Assembly: GCA_963662665.2 (NCBI GenBank)
Contig: CAXXJS010000050.1
Location: 26,259-90,258, forward strand
Length of the DNA stretch: 64,000 bases
Reading direction: 5' to 3'
Source: Candidatus Latescibacterota bacterium
Lineage (GTDB): Bacteria; Latescibacterota; UBA2968; GCA-2709665
The position numbers were made by a program, and so were the translations under genes. A model generated the notes under the pieces. It was given only the letters and a program-made list of their open reading frames with translations, was not told the DNA's origin and did no database searches. Position 1 is the first letter of the stretch. Each line of letters begins with the position of its first letter. Below, piece by piece: positions 36,443 to 46,695 of the stretch.

Positions 36443-36838
36443 CTACCGCACCGTATCTGCCGGCGAAGTTACCGGCGAGGTGCTTTCGGTAGACGTTCCC
36501 TGTCCGGTCTGATCCAGCGGCTGAGGCAGACCTCCGGGAATGCGCTGAAGCGGCACGGGCTGGTCCCGGAGCGCTCGCTCGGCCGCGGTTTCAGGCGCCG
36601 TACTGTCACCCCTGGACGTATACCAGAGGCCGATACAGGTAAGAAAAAATGCCACCGCAAGAACTGTGGTCATCTTGCTGAGAAACGTCGCGGCGCCGGC
36701 CCCCCCGAACATCGCGGTGCCGCCGCCGCCGCCGCCAAATGCTGTGGACAACCCACCCCCCTTGCTGGCCTGCAAGAGAATGGATACGATCAGAACCAGG
36801 CAAATCAGAACGTGTACAATCAGAAGAAGCGTTGCCAT
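36443..36838 (-). CDS. secG: preprotein translocase subunit SecG
   Basis: MATLLLIVHVLICLVLIVSILLQASKGGGLSTAFGGGG is the SecG signature, followed by a Pro/Thr-rich tail. Confidence 0.85.
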   Translation of the reverse strand: MATLLLIVHVLICLVLIVSILLQASKGGGLSTAFGGGGGGTAMFGGAGAATFLSKMTTVLAVAFFLTCIGLWYTSRGDSTAPETAAERALRDQPVPLQRIPGGLPQPLDQTGQGTSTESTSPVTSPADTVR

Positions 36839-36846
36839 ATAGAATC

Positions 36847-37617
36847 TCAATCCGAAACAGGATAATTAGCCGCTCTTACAATGGACGCGAACGTATCGGG
36901 CTCAAGCGAAGCCCCGCCGATCAATCCGCCGTCGATGTCGGGCCGGGAAAACAGATCGGCGGCATTTTCCGGCTTGACGGATCCCCCGTACTGGATGCGT
37001 ACCGCCCGCGAGACGGTGTCGTTGAAAAGACCCCGCAGTACCCGGCGGATTGACGTATGCACGGATTCGGCCTGTTCGGGTGTTGCCGTCAGCCCCGTGC
37101 CGATGGCCCACACGGGTTCGTAGGCGACCACGCACCCGGCCGCCTCCGATGCGGGTACATTACCGAACGCCGCTGTTACCTGTCTCCGCACAACCCGTTC
37201 CGTGGACCCGGAACGGCGCTCGTCGATGGTTTCACCGACACAGACGATCGGTTTCAGCCGGACGCCGAGGGCGGCCCTAAGCCGCTGATTTACAGTTGTA
37301 TCCGTTTCGCCGAAGTAAGTGCGTCGTTCAGAGTGTCCTAATATAACGTACTCACATCCGCATGTCAACAGCATCCCCGCCGATATCTCTCCTGTAAACG
37401 CCCCTTCGTTCTCCCAGTGCAGATTCTGCGCGCCCAACTTCACGGAACTGCCCGCCAGTTTTTTACGTACGCGTTCCAGAACCGTAAAGACGGGACACAC
37501 CACGACCTCCACCCTTGCGATGCCGTCCACAGCATCCACAATCCCGCGCGCAAGGTCCTCCGCTTCTCCCGACGCCTTGTGCATCTTCCAGTTTCCCGCC
37601 ACGACTGGCACTCGCAT
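36847..37617 (-). CDS. tpiA: triose-phosphate isomerase
   Basis: MRVPVVAGNWKMHK...ILGHSERR...YEPVWAIGTG. GGAG lies 7 nt before ATG 37617. Confidence 0.9.
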   Translation of the reverse strand: MRVPVVAGNWKMHKASGEAEDLARGIVDAVDGIARVEVVVCPVFTVLERVRKKLAGSSVKLGAQNLHWENEGAFTGEISAGMLLTCGCEYVILGHSERRTYFGETDTTVNQRLRAALGVRLKPIVCVGETIDERRSGSTERVVRRQVTAAFGNVPASEAAGCVVAYEPVWAIGTGLTATPEQAESVHTSIRRVLRGLFNDTVSRAVRIQYGGSVKPENAADLFSRPDIDGGLIGGASLEPDTFASIVRAANYPVSD

Positions 37618-37657
37618 CACCATCTCCACACGAAATGACGCACTCAAACCGGTTGAT

Positions 37658-38854
37658 TCACGACTGACGCTCCGACAATGCAGCTACGCCCGGCAGCTCT
37701 TTGCCTTCCAGGTATTTCAGGAACGCCCCGCCGCCCGTGGAAACATGCCCCAACCGGCCCGCAAGACCGCACGTCGTCAATGCCGCTACCGTTTCTCCGC
37801 CGCCGGCCAGTGTATTGACGCCTCGTGACGATGCCTTCGCAACGGCGTGCGCCAGCGCCTCCGTGCCGGGGGCAAAAGTCGAAATCTCCGACACGCCCAT
37901 CGGTCCGTTCCACACCACGCATCCGGCGTTCAGGATCTCCTCCGAATATTTCGTACGCGTTGCAGGGCCGATATCGAACCCTTCCAGGTCCACTGGCATT
38001 CTGTCTCGTGGCACAACCTGCACGGCAGCGCCCTCCCGCGCCACGGCCGCAACCACGCAGTCGGTGGGCAAAATCAGCCGAACGCCCGCTGAAGCGGCGC
38101 GCTGAAGGAGGATTTCCGCCATGCCCACCCTGTCCGCTTCCAGAAGGGACCGTCCGATCTCCAATCCCATCGCTTTGAAGAACGTGTACGACATACCCCC
38201 GCCAATAAGAAGCGTATCAACGAGGGACAGCAAATGCTGGATGACGTCGATTTTCCCCGAGATCTTCTTGCCGCCCATAACCGCAACGAACGGCCTGGCG
38301 GGCGCCGACAATGCCTTCTCCAGTGAATCCAGTTCCCGCTGCATCAGAAACCCCGCCGCGCAGTCCACGAAGTGGTGGGTGACGCCTTCCGTGGACGCGT
38401 GCGCCCGGTGAGCCGTTCCGAAGGCGTCGTTCACGAAGGCCGAACCCAATTCACAGAGCCGCCGGGCGAATTCAGGATCGTTTGCTTCCTCAGCGGCGTG
38501 AAACCTCAGATTTTCAAGCAGCACAACGCCATCGGCGCGTTTTGCAAGCGCCTCCGCCTCCGGACCTGTACTATCCGGGGCCGCCAGGACTTCGCGACCA
38601 ATCAATTCGCCCAGGCGTACAGCCACGGGCTTCAGGGAAAGTTCGGGTATAACGCGTCCTTCGGGCCTTCCGAGGTGCGACATCAGAATCGGAACGCCGC
38701 CCCGGTCCAGGATGTATTGGATCGTGGGTACAGCAGCCCGTATACGCGTGTCGTCCCCGATCTCGCCGTTCTGATGAAGCGGCACGTTGAAATCCACCCG
38801 CACCAGCACCCGCCGACCCTCAAGCTCCAGATCCGTAATTGAAAGTTTCGCCAT
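37658..38854 (-). CDS. pgk: phosphoglycerate kinase
   Basis: RVLVRVDFNVP...ILMSHLGRP...GGGMSYTFF...STGGGAFL motifs. Confidence 0.95.
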   Translation of the reverse strand: MAKLSITDLELEGRRVLVRVDFNVPLHQNGEIGDDTRIRAAVPTIQYILDRGGVPILMSHLGRPEGRVIPELSLKPVAVRLGELIGREVLAAPDSTGPEAEALAKRADGVVLLENLRFHAAEEANDPEFARRLCELGSAFVNDAFGTAHRAHASTEGVTHHFVDCAAGFLMQRELDSLEKALSAPARPFVAVMGGKKISGKIDVIQHLLSLVDTLLIGGGMSYTFFKAMGLEIGRSLLEADRVGMAEILLQRAASAGVRLILPTDCVVAAVAREGAAVQVVPRDRMPVDLEGFDIGPATRTKYSEEILNAGCVVWNGPMGVSEISTFAPGTEALAHAVAKASSRGVNTLAGGGETVAALTTCGLAGRLGHVSTGGGAFLKYLEGKELPGVAALSERQS

Positions 38855-39047
38855 ACCACCTTTTCCTGGCGCGGCTATCCGTTCCGGGGTCCATATGACA
38901 GGGAGCCGTCACGCGCTCGCATCCTGCGTGGTACGGCTCCCGGATGCCCGCTAACCGGTACGTTCATCCGATAGCGGTTTTCTGATATGTATTCTTGAGC
39001 GACCCCGAGGCGCGTCCTACGTCGGGCGGTCGATTTCCGATGGAATC

Positions 39048-40061
39048 CTATGGGTTCGCCCATCGGGTCTTATCCAACGCCTCGACGAGGTCCACGCACC
39101 GGCAGGAATACCCCCATTCGTTATCGTACCAACCGCACACCTTTACCATATTCCCGCCCATAACACTTGTCATTTCCGAATCGAACACACAGGAGTGGGG
39201 GTTGCCGATTATATCCGCTGAGACGAGGGGCTCGTCCGAATATTCCAGAATACCCTTCAGACGATCCTCGGAAGCCGCCTTGAACGCCTCGTTTACCGAC
39301 TCGGTGGTCGCCGGCGTCCGCAGTGTAGCTACGAAATCCGTGTAGGAGCCGTTGGGCGTGGGAACCCGCACGGCAATGCCGTCCAGGTTGCCGTTCAGCT
39401 CGGGGATCACCTTGCCCACGGCGCTGGCCGCGCCGGTTGTCGTTGGAATCATGGACACGGCCGCAGACCGCGCCCTGCGCAGGTCCGGGTGCGGCGCATC
39501 GATCATGCGCTGGTCGCCGGTATATGAGTGAATGGTTGTCATCAGCCCCTTTTCGACTCCGAACGCCTCCTGCAAAACGCTCACCATGGGGGCCAGGCAG
39601 TTCGTGGTACAGGAAGCATTGGAGATCACCCTGTCCTGCTCGGTCAACGTGTCCTGGTTGATGCCCATTACCACCGTAGGCACGTCGCCTCGGGCCGGGG
39701 CCGAGATGATCACCCGCCCCGCGCCTGCGTCGAGATGCTTGCCGGCGCCGTCTCTATCCGTGAAGAAGCCGGTGGACTCGATCACCACGTCCACCCCGAG
39801 AGACCGCCACGGCAACATCACAGGGTCGCGTTCGGCCCGTACGATGACCTCGCTGCCGTCCACGGCCAGCGATTTGTCCCTGATTTCGACGTGGCCCGGG
39901 TATCTCCCGTGTGTGGAGTCGTACTTCAGCAGATGTCCGAGCGTGCCGGCATCCGTGAGATCGTTCACCGCCACCACGTCGATGCGGGGCCTGCGCATGG
40001 CCGCCCGGAAAACCAGCCGGCCTATTCGCCCGAATCCGTTAATGGCCACCTTGATCGCCAT
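39048..40061 (-). CDS. gap: type I glyceraldehyde-3-phosphate dehydrogenase
   Basis: MAIKVAINGFGRIGR...SNASCTTNCLAP...WYDNEWGY. GGAGG RBS upstream. Confidence 0.95.
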   Translation of the reverse strand: MAIKVAINGFGRIGRLVFRAAMRRPRIDVVAVNDLTDAGTLGHLLKYDSTHGRYPGHVEIRDKSLAVDGSEVIVRAERDPVMLPWRSLGVDVVIESTGFFTDRDGAGKHLDAGAGRVIISAPARGDVPTVVMGINQDTLTEQDRVISNASCTTNCLAPMVSVLQEAFGVEKGLMTTIHSYTGDQRMIDAPHPDLRRARSAAVSMIPTTTGAASAVGKVIPELNGNLDGIAVRVPTPNGSYTDFVATLRTPATTESVNEAFKAASEDRLKGILEYSDEPLVSADIIGNPHSCVFDSEMTSVMGGNMVKVCGWYDNEWGYSCRCVDLVEALDKTRWANP

Positions 40062-40225
40062 GTTGTCTACCTCCAGGTCAAATATAAACCCGTCGGCCGA
40101 TCGCCGCCGGGGGATACGATGATGCACCGCGACAACAGATGGCTAGGAGCGCACGGTACACAATTGCTCGTTGCGCTTTCGGTTGAACCGATGCAACTGA
40201 CAGCCGTCAACGCGGGATGTCCGGG

Positions 40226-41263
40226 TCAGCCGAAAAAGACCCTGGCGATATCGTACAGGTTCATGTCCACGGTGCGTAGTTTGGATACCGCGTCTCTTAG
40301 CCGAACCGCGACGATATTGGTGCCCCGAAGCGCCACCATATTGCCGAAATCTCCGGCGTTCACCAGATCGATTGCAGCAATGCCGAAGCGCGTGCCCAGG
40401 ACCCGATCGAACGCGGTGGGGTTTCCTCCGCGCTGAATGTGCCCCAGAACGGTCACCCGGGTTTCAAACCCCGTTCGTTTTTCGATTTCGTCGCCAAGGA
40501 CAATTCCAATCCCGCCCAGGCGGACGTGGCCGAAGGCATCGCGTTCCTCGGACTGAAGGACGAGAGATTCATCTGACAGATTGGCGCCCTCGGCAACCAC
40601 CACGATACTGAAGGTCTTGCCGCGGTCGTGGCGTTTCTGGATGGAGGCGCACACCATATCCAGCTCCACCGGCTGTTCGGGAATCAGAACCATGTCGGCG
40701 CCGCCCGCAATGCCGGCTTCGACGGCTATCCATCCCGCGTGGCGCCCCATCACCTCCACAACCATCACGCGGTTGTGAGACTCGGCGGTGGTATGCAACC
40801 TGTCGATGGCATCGGTGACAATATTGATGGCCGTATCGAAACCGAAGGTCTGGTCCGTGCCGTCCAGGTCGTTATCGATGGTCTTGGGCACGCCAATCAC
40901 GTTCACGCCGTCTTCGTACAGCTTGCTGGCCACGCCGACCGTGTCGTCTCCCCCGACGGCGATCAACGCATCCAGATCCATCTTCAGAATGTTCTGTTTC
41001 ACGATCTCGCTGCCGTTTGGCTCGTTATATGGGTTCGTCCTGGATGTGCCCAGAATGGTGCCTCCCCTGGGCAGAATACCCGAGACCGCATTCAGGTCCA
41101 GCGGCATGGAAATCGACTCGAGCATGCCTTTCCAACCCAGCATAACGCCAACGATCTCGTATCCGTATGCGTCTATGCCTTTCCGCGTAACCGCGCGTAT
41201 TACCGCATTCAGCCCGGGACAATCACCTCCGCCGGTTAAAATGCCAACACGCCTGTTCGCCAT
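40226..41263 (-). CDS. pfkA: 6-phosphofructokinase
   Basis: VGILTGGGDCPGLNAVIRAV...VIGVPKTIDNDL...MGRHAGWIA. Confidence 0.9.
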   Translation of the reverse strand: MANRRVGILTGGGDCPGLNAVIRAVTRKGIDAYGYEIVGVMLGWKGMLESISMPLDLNAVSGILPRGGTILGTSRTNPYNEPNGSEIVKQNILKMDLDALIAVGGDDTVGVASKLYEDGVNVIGVPKTIDNDLDGTDQTFGFDTAINIVTDAIDRLHTTAESHNRVMVVEVMGRHAGWIAVEAGIAGGADMVLIPEQPVELDMVCASIQKRHDRGKTFSIVVVAEGANLSDESLVLQSEERDAFGHVRLGGIGIVLGDEIEKRTGFETRVTVLGHIQRGGNPTAFDRVLGTRFGIAAIDLVNAGDFGNMVALRGTNIVAVRLRDAVSKLRTVDMNLYDIARVFFG

Positions 41264-41367
41264 GGTTGCGCTCCGCGCCAGGTCCGATTTTAACGCATGA
41301 AACGTCGTACGGACGGTGTCCGTTTACACGGCATACGATCAGAAATATAATCCATTCGGAGAGACTG

Positions 41368-41396
41368 AATTTAAGACATCCCTCCCTTAGTGTCAA
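41368..41396 (-). promoter_or_regulatory. candidate promoter of the glycolytic operon
   Basis: Minus strand reads TTGACA-17 nt-TAAATT, about 105 nt upstream of the pfkA start. Confidence 0.4.
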
Positions 41397-41432
41397 GCTG
41401 TTTTTTTCGTCAAAGTGTTTGGAATCAACGCG

Positions 41433-42212
41433 TTAGATGAAAAGATGGGAGCCCGGTCCGTCCGCCCCGGCATTGGGTTTTTCCGCGTCAAAATACGGAC
41501 AGGCCAGGGCCGCTACGTCGACCACGGAAGCGCCCGCGTCCAGCAGCGCCCCGGCGCATGAGTTGGCCGTGGCCCCCGTGGTAACCACGTCGTCCACGAG
41601 CAGGACCCGGCGGTCCCTGACCGGATCGGTCCGTCGCCCGCGGAAGGCTCCTTCCATGTTTGCGTCGCGTTCCGTCGAATCCAGGGTCGTCTGTGTCTTC
41701 GTGTCTCGTACACGCTTCAACGCCCGCTCCTCGACGGACAGATCCAACGTCCGTGCAAGCGCCCGGGCAATCAATACGCTCTGGTTGTAGCCGCGTTCAC
41801 GCAGCCTGCTGCCGTGAAGGGGTACCGGCACCACGACCGGCCCGCCCTCCGCGATGGGTTCCCCGGCCAGCATCCGACCCAAAGCGCGGCCAAGCACCTG
41901 GCCGGCGACGGTCTGTCCCTGGTATTTCAAATTGTGTACCAGACGCTGCACCGATTGATTGAACGGCGTAAGCGCATACATCCGGGAAAAAACGAACGTC
42001 TTGTCCGCGCAATTCGCGCAGGGACCGGATTGCCAGGGACAGCCGCAACGTCCGCATCGCGGACCATGGATGATGCCCAGAGTCTCCCAGCACGCGGGGC
42101 ATAGCCCGTCAGATTCGTCAAGGGGGGTCCGGCACAGCAGACAGTGCGGGGGGTACACGAACCCGAGTACGGATTCCCGGAGGGATTGAAGAATGCGTCT
42201 GAATCCGTCCAT
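41433..42212 (-). CDS. comFC: ComF family protein (phosphoribosyltransferase domain)
   Basis: N-terminal Cys4 zinc finger (CLLCRTPL..CPACW...CGRCG) and PRT motif VLLVDDVVTTGAT. ATG at 42212. Confidence 0.75.
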   Translation of the reverse strand: MDGFRRILQSLRESVLGFVYPPHCLLCRTPLDESDGLCPACWETLGIIHGPRCGRCGCPWQSGPCANCADKTFVFSRMYALTPFNQSVQRLVHNLKYQGQTVAGQVLGRALGRMLAGEPIAEGGPVVVPVPLHGSRLRERGYNQSVLIARALARTLDLSVEERALKRVRDTKTQTTLDSTERDANMEGAFRGRRTDPVRDRRVLLVDDVVTTGATANSCAGALLDAGASVVDVAALACPYFDAEKPNAGADGPGSHLFI

Positions 42213-42393
42213 TTTCACGTCGCAATCACCAGAACGATTAAAAATGGCTTGCATAACCGCTCTGTTGACAATACATTCCCATCCCGAACGCGATCGTCCG
42301 CGCACGGTCTGCGAAACCCGCTCCAAAAGAGCGGTTTCCACCTCCCCGCAAGTGCACGGCCACGCCCCTTGTGTCCTTTCCCGTTAGACATCC

Positions 42394-44370
42394 ATGAAAA
42401 ACACCCGCGCGATCATCTTCGATCTGGACGGTACGCTCTTCGATCTGGATCCACTGGTTCAGGCCGCCCGAAAACGGGTCGCGCGCCATCTGCACGTCCA
42501 TGGATTCTTTGCCTCCGAATCCTGTGCCCTCCGCCTTATCAACGACATGGAACGGCGGCATGGGCCCTACTACTCTTCGTCTCCGTACTATTTCGCCTTC
42601 TACGATATCGCAAAAAACCTGCAGCGCGACAAACCCGATCGATTTGCCGACTATATCAACAGTCAGCGTCCCAACCATCGAAGCCTGGAAGACACCGATA
42701 CCGTCGAGGCCTTCGTTGCCCAGCTCGAATACGTTTACAACAGCGACTCGGTTGAAGACGTAAAGCTCTTCCCGGGCGCCGTCCAGACCCTTAAGGAACT
42801 TCGTGACGCCGGCTGCATGCTTTTCTTGGTGACATTCGGAAGAATGCTGCGGCAGAAAAACAAAATCGACTTGCTCAGCATTGCACCCTATTTTCATGAA
42901 ATAATCAACGAAGGCCAGCCTTCTCACGACTACTGGTTCGCTGAACTCATCAAAGCCCATGGACTTTCTCCCGAGGAAGTCGTCTGCGTGGGCGACAGGG
43001 CCCAGGATGAGATCAGGGCGGGCAACCGTATCGGATGTACAACGGTCTGGATGCGCCGTGGAAGATACGCCGAGGAAGAACCCGGAGAGGGCGACCGGCC
43101 AACCCATCAGATCCGGCTCCTCCCTCAGCTGTCTACCCTCATCCATCTGGCGCGTATGGACAAAGACCGGGGCCGGCTGAAGGTGGCCGTACTCGGGGGC
43201 GGCACCGGGCTTCCCATTGTGTTGCGCGGCATCCAGACCTATACAGATCGCCCCTCCGCCGTCGTGGCGGTAACGGACACCGGTGCTTCATCGGGCCGCA
43301 TACGCTGGAATCTGGGCGTTCAGCCGCCTGGCGACATCCGCAACGCGCTCACCGCGCTCGCCGACCGGCGCCGGGTCTCTCCGGGACTCGTCCGGGTTTT
43401 CCAGCACAGGTTTCCGGATAGCGAACGGGAAGCCGGGATCTTCCGAAACGACAATATCGGTAATTTCCTCATTGCCGCGTTGACCCAGCAACTGGGGGAT
43501 TTTCAGAAGGCCATTCAGACAGCGGGCGACATTCTGCGTATACGCGGTGATATCTTTGCCGCCACCAGCGAGAACGTGGACATTTGCGCCGAGCTCGAGA
43601 ATGGCGAGCAGCGGTATACCGAGTGGATGGTACGCCAAACCGGCAAACCTCCCTTGAAACGCGCGTATCTTGTCGCCAACAGCGATATCCTTCGGGAATT
43701 GCAACAGCCTGACGGGGCCCTCTTTCGCAAAGACGATTCCCGAACGGGCCAGGTGGAAGTCCACGCGAGGCCCGGAAGCAACTTTCGTCCCGCCAATAGT
43801 GAAGTCCGGGCGCCGCGTGGTGCGGTGCAGGCCATCGCGGACGCGGACATTGTGGTGCTCGGCCCCGGCAGCCTCTTCACGAGCGTGATCACGAATCTGC
43901 TCGTACCGGACATCCGGCGGACCCTGTGTGCCCGGCACCACGGAAAGACCTTCTACGTCTGCAACATCGTGACCCAGCCGGGGCAGACCGACGGATTTAG
44001 CGCATCGGACCATCTACGCGCCATCCTGCGCCACTTCCCCGAAGGACATACCGGTTTCCTGGACCACGTGCTTGTGCAGGATCCGGACGCGTTCCACAGG
44101 CCCGGAGGCCGAAAATGGCAACCCGTGTTGCATGCCTACCTCCGCGACGGCAAGGAACCCGTGTCGTGCGATCCAGATGAGATCCGTCGTCTGGTAACCT
44201 GTACGGTTACGGATCTGCTGGAGGACTACACCTCCGAGGTTAAGAGCCGCCGTGCGGGAGACTTTATAAGCCACAATCCCCACAGGGTTGCCGACGCCGT
44301 CTGCCGGATCTATTGCGGGTTGGAAGTGCCTGATTACGGGGAGTTGGACAATGGCTCGGCGCCCGATTGA
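42394..44370 (+). CDS. fusion protein: HAD-family hydrolase (N-terminal) plus YvcK/CofD-family (UPF0052) domain (C-terminal)
   Basis: IIFDLDGTLFDLD is HAD motif I, with ..VCVGDRAQDEI as motif IV. From about residue 262, KVAVLGGGTGLPIVLRG..VTDTGASSGRIRWNLGVQPPGDIRN matches the YvcK/CofD signature. Confidence 0.8.
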   Translation: MKNTRAIIFDLDGTLFDLDPLVQAARKRVARHLHVHGFFASESCALRLINDMERRHGPYYSSSPYYFAFYDIAKNLQRDKPDRFADYINSQRPNHRSLEDTDTVEAFVAQLEYVYNSDSVEDVKLFPGAVQTLKELRDAGCMLFLVTFGRMLRQKNKIDLLSIAPYFHEIINEGQPSHDYWFAELIKAHGLSPEEVVCVGDRAQDEIRAGNRIGCTTVWMRRGRYAEEEPGEGDRPTHQIRLLPQLSTLIHLARMDKDRGRLKVAVLGGGTGLPIVLRGIQTYTDRPSAVVAVTDTGASSGRIRWNLGVQPPGDIRNALTALADRRRVSPGLVRVFQHRFPDSEREAGIFRNDNIGNFLIAALTQQLGDFQKAIQTAGDILRIRGDIFAATSENVDICAELENGEQRYTEWMVRQTGKPPLKRAYLVANSDILRELQQPDGALFRKDDSRTGQVEVHARPGSNFRPANSEVRAPRGAVQAIADADIVVLGPGSLFTSVITNLLVPDIRRTLCARHHGKTFYVCNIVTQPGQTDGFSASDHLRAILRHFPEGHTGFLDHVLVQDPDAFHRPGGRKWQPVLHAYLRDGKEPVSCDPDEIRRLVTCTVTDLLEDYTSEVKSRRAGDFISHNPHRVADAVCRIYCGLEVPDYGELDNGSAPD

Positions 44371-45043
44371 CGCCGTCATCTTCGACTTGGACGACACGCT
44401 GTTCGACTGCACCGGGCAACTGACCGAACCGGCGCGGCTCCGGGCGGCCGAAACACTGGCGGCGGCCCTTCCCGATTCGAATGTGGTTTCCCTCCATCGC
44501 CTGCAGGCGGAACTGGCTGACCGACTCAGTTCCTCCGATTCCATACGAGAAATCGCCCGCCGCCACGACTTGCCGGCCGACGTTGTGGAGCGTGCGCTTT
44601 CAGCCTACAACCGGGGCCAGGTGGAAGACATCATGCCCTTTCCGGATACGTTCCCCACGCTGGATGAACTCACGGCCAGGACGTACCGCGTCTGCCTGGT
44701 GACGACGGGGCGCCCGGAGCGACAACGGCGAAAGGTGCGCCGCCTGGGCCTTTCCGGCTATTTCAGCGAGGAGCAGGGCACGCTCTTTTTCCACGACGAC
44801 CGGGACGTTCGTGAAAAAGACGAGGCGCTTCACGAGGCGGTCCGGCAACTTGGCGTTTCACCCGACCGGATCCTGTCCGTAGGAGACAAGCTGAATTCCG
44901 AAATCGCCGCTTCGAAGCGCCTTGGGATGCGCACCGCGCGCCTGTGCTTCGGCAGACAAGAAAACCAGCGCCCTCGAACCCCCGAGGAACGCCCGGACCA
45001 CGAATTGAACCGCCTGTCGGACCTGCTGGGATTGCTGCCCTGA
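44351..45043 (+). CDS. HAD-family hydrolase
   Basis: MARRPIDAVIFDLDDTLFDC...SVGDKLNSEI. It overlaps the previous gene by 20 nt. Confidence 0.8.
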   Translation: MARRPIDAVIFDLDDTLFDCTGQLTEPARLRAAETLAAALPDSNVVSLHRLQAELADRLSSSDSIREIARRHDLPADVVERALSAYNRGQVEDIMPFPDTFPTLDELTARTYRVCLVTTGRPERQRRKVRRLGLSGYFSEEQGTLFFHDDRDVREKDEALHEAVRQLGVSPDRILSVGDKLNSEIAASKRLGMRTARLCFGRQENQRPRTPEERPDHELNRLSDLLGLLP

Positions 45044-45054
45044 ACAGTGCGTAT

Positions 45055-45927
45055 TCAGGCAGGTTTCTCCTGTTTTCCGAGTTCCACGGTTACACGATCG
45101 CCGCGCCGCAACCCCAGCTCCCGCGCGGCATTTCCTCCGTTAATCGCAACCTCCAGCGTCTCCTCGCTTCCAAATAAAACCAGCGCTTCGCCGTCCGGAA
45201 CGTCGGCATACGTGCGGCAGATACCTTCAAACAGGTTATTCCGGACGCGAACGCGGACCTCGCCGTCGCCTATGCGCCTTCTGCCAAGATTGCTGATCGC
45301 ATTCCCGAATCGATCCACGTGCACGATCCGCCCCGCAACCTCGTCGTCGCGCTCCTGAACCGTCCAGGCATCCAGACGGATTGGATTCGCTACAGGCGGC
45401 CCCAGATCGGCCGACGGGACCTGGTTCGACAGATGTGCCGCCACCGGACCGAAGATATCCCGTCCGTGGAAGGTGGGGCTAACCACGGACCTGAAGAACG
45501 CCGCATTCGTGATCTCAAAGACGTTCCACGAGGGCTCGAGCTGAAACACACCGCTGAACAATCCGTTATCGGGCCCGACGAACAGGTAGTCCGCCGATTC
45601 GACCGCGATTGCGCGGCGCGCGCTTCCCACGCCCGGATCCACGACGGCGAGGTGAACCGTACCCGCAGGGAAATAGCGGTACGCGCTGGACAGGACATAG
45701 GCCCCGGAGGCCACGTCCCGTGAAGGGACGTCGTGGGAGACGTCTACCAGCGAAGCATCCGGCGCGATAGCGAGCATCGCCCCCTTCATTGCCGCCACGT
45801 ACCCGTCATAAAGCCCGAAATCCGTTGTCAATGTGATCAGGCCCAGGGGAGACCTCTCGCGGAAATAGCCAGTGAAGGACGACACCAATATAACGAAAGC
45901 GACGCGAAACTGCGAAACCGGATTCAA
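45055..45927 (-). CDS. SAM hydrolase / SAM hydroxide adenosyltransferase family (DUF62)
   Basis: ITLTTDFGLYDGYVAAMKGAML..VDVSHDVP is the DUF62 signature. The N-terminal 30 aa are hydrophobic and the start is uncertain. Confidence 0.8.
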   Translation of the reverse strand: MNPVSQFRVAFVILVSSFTGYFRERSPLGLITLTTDFGLYDGYVAAMKGAMLAIAPDASLVDVSHDVPSRDVASGAYVLSSAYRYFPAGTVHLAVVDPGVGSARRAIAVESADYLFVGPDNGLFSGVFQLEPSWNVFEITNAAFFRSVVSPTFHGRDIFGPVAAHLSNQVPSADLGPPVANPIRLDAWTVQERDDEVAGRIVHVDRFGNAISNLGRRRIGDGEVRVRVRNNLFEGICRTYADVPDGEALVLFGSEETLEVAINGGNAARELGLRRGDRVTVELGKQEKPA

Positions 45928-46005
45928 ACCCGCCTTCCGGCTGTCCCGTGAAAAAGCGAGCCAAACCCGTACGTTGCCTTACAAACTAAACCCTGATTCC
46001 CGCGA

Positions 46006-46695
46006 TCAAAACAGTTCCGCCTCCTTCATACTCAGGAACCGCTCCGCCCCCAGAATGATGTGGTCCAGGACCTCGATGCCCATAATCTCACCCGCCTGAA
46101 CCATCCGGCGCGTCAGTTCTATGTCCTCCCTGCTCGGCGTTACGTCGCCGGACGGGTGGTTGTGCGCCAGGATGACGCTGGCCGCGCACGAGCCCACGGC
46201 AGGGAAAAATACCTCTCGAGGATGAACGAGCGACGCGTTCAGCGATCCCACCGACACCTCCTCCCTGCAGATGACCTGGTTTCGGGCATTCAGAAAGACC
46301 GCCACGAAATGCTCTTTTCTTCGATCCTTGAACTCCGCGAGCAATCCGACCGCGTCGGCCGGTTTCGTTATGGAAGGTTCGATTCCCATCCCCTGGTTCA
46401 ACGCCCGTCTTGCCAGTTCGAACCCGGCAACGAGACCGGCGGCCTTCGCCCGGCCGATGCCCTTGATTGCCGTCAGTTCCGCCTGCCCCATCCCCATTAG
46501 CGCCTGGAGTGAATGCTGTTTCAGGATTTCTCCGGCAACCTTGAGCACATTCTTGCCTTCATACCCCGTCCGCAGAAGGACCGCCAGCAATTCCTCGTTC
46601 CTCAGCGCTTCGGCGCCGAGCCTCTCCAGTTTTTCCCTGGGCAGATCCACGTCCGCAACACCGTCGATTCCCCTGCGCCGCGCCAGCGTGTCCAT
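46006..46695 (-). CDS. radC: RadC-family JAB-domain protein
   Basis: LSNEELLAVLLRTG-like HhH region and JAMM motif ILAHNHPSGD. Confidence 0.9.
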   Translation of the reverse strand: MDTLARRRGIDGVADVDLPREKLERLGAEALRNEELLAVLLRTGYEGKNVLKVAGEILKQHSLQALMGMGQAELTAIKGIGRAKAAGLVAGFELARRALNQGMGIEPSITKPADAVGLLAEFKDRRKEHFVAVFLNARNQVICREEVSVGSLNASLVHPREVFFPAVGSCAASVILAHNHPSGDVTPSREDIELTRRMVQAGEIMGIEVLDHIILGAERFLSMKEAELF

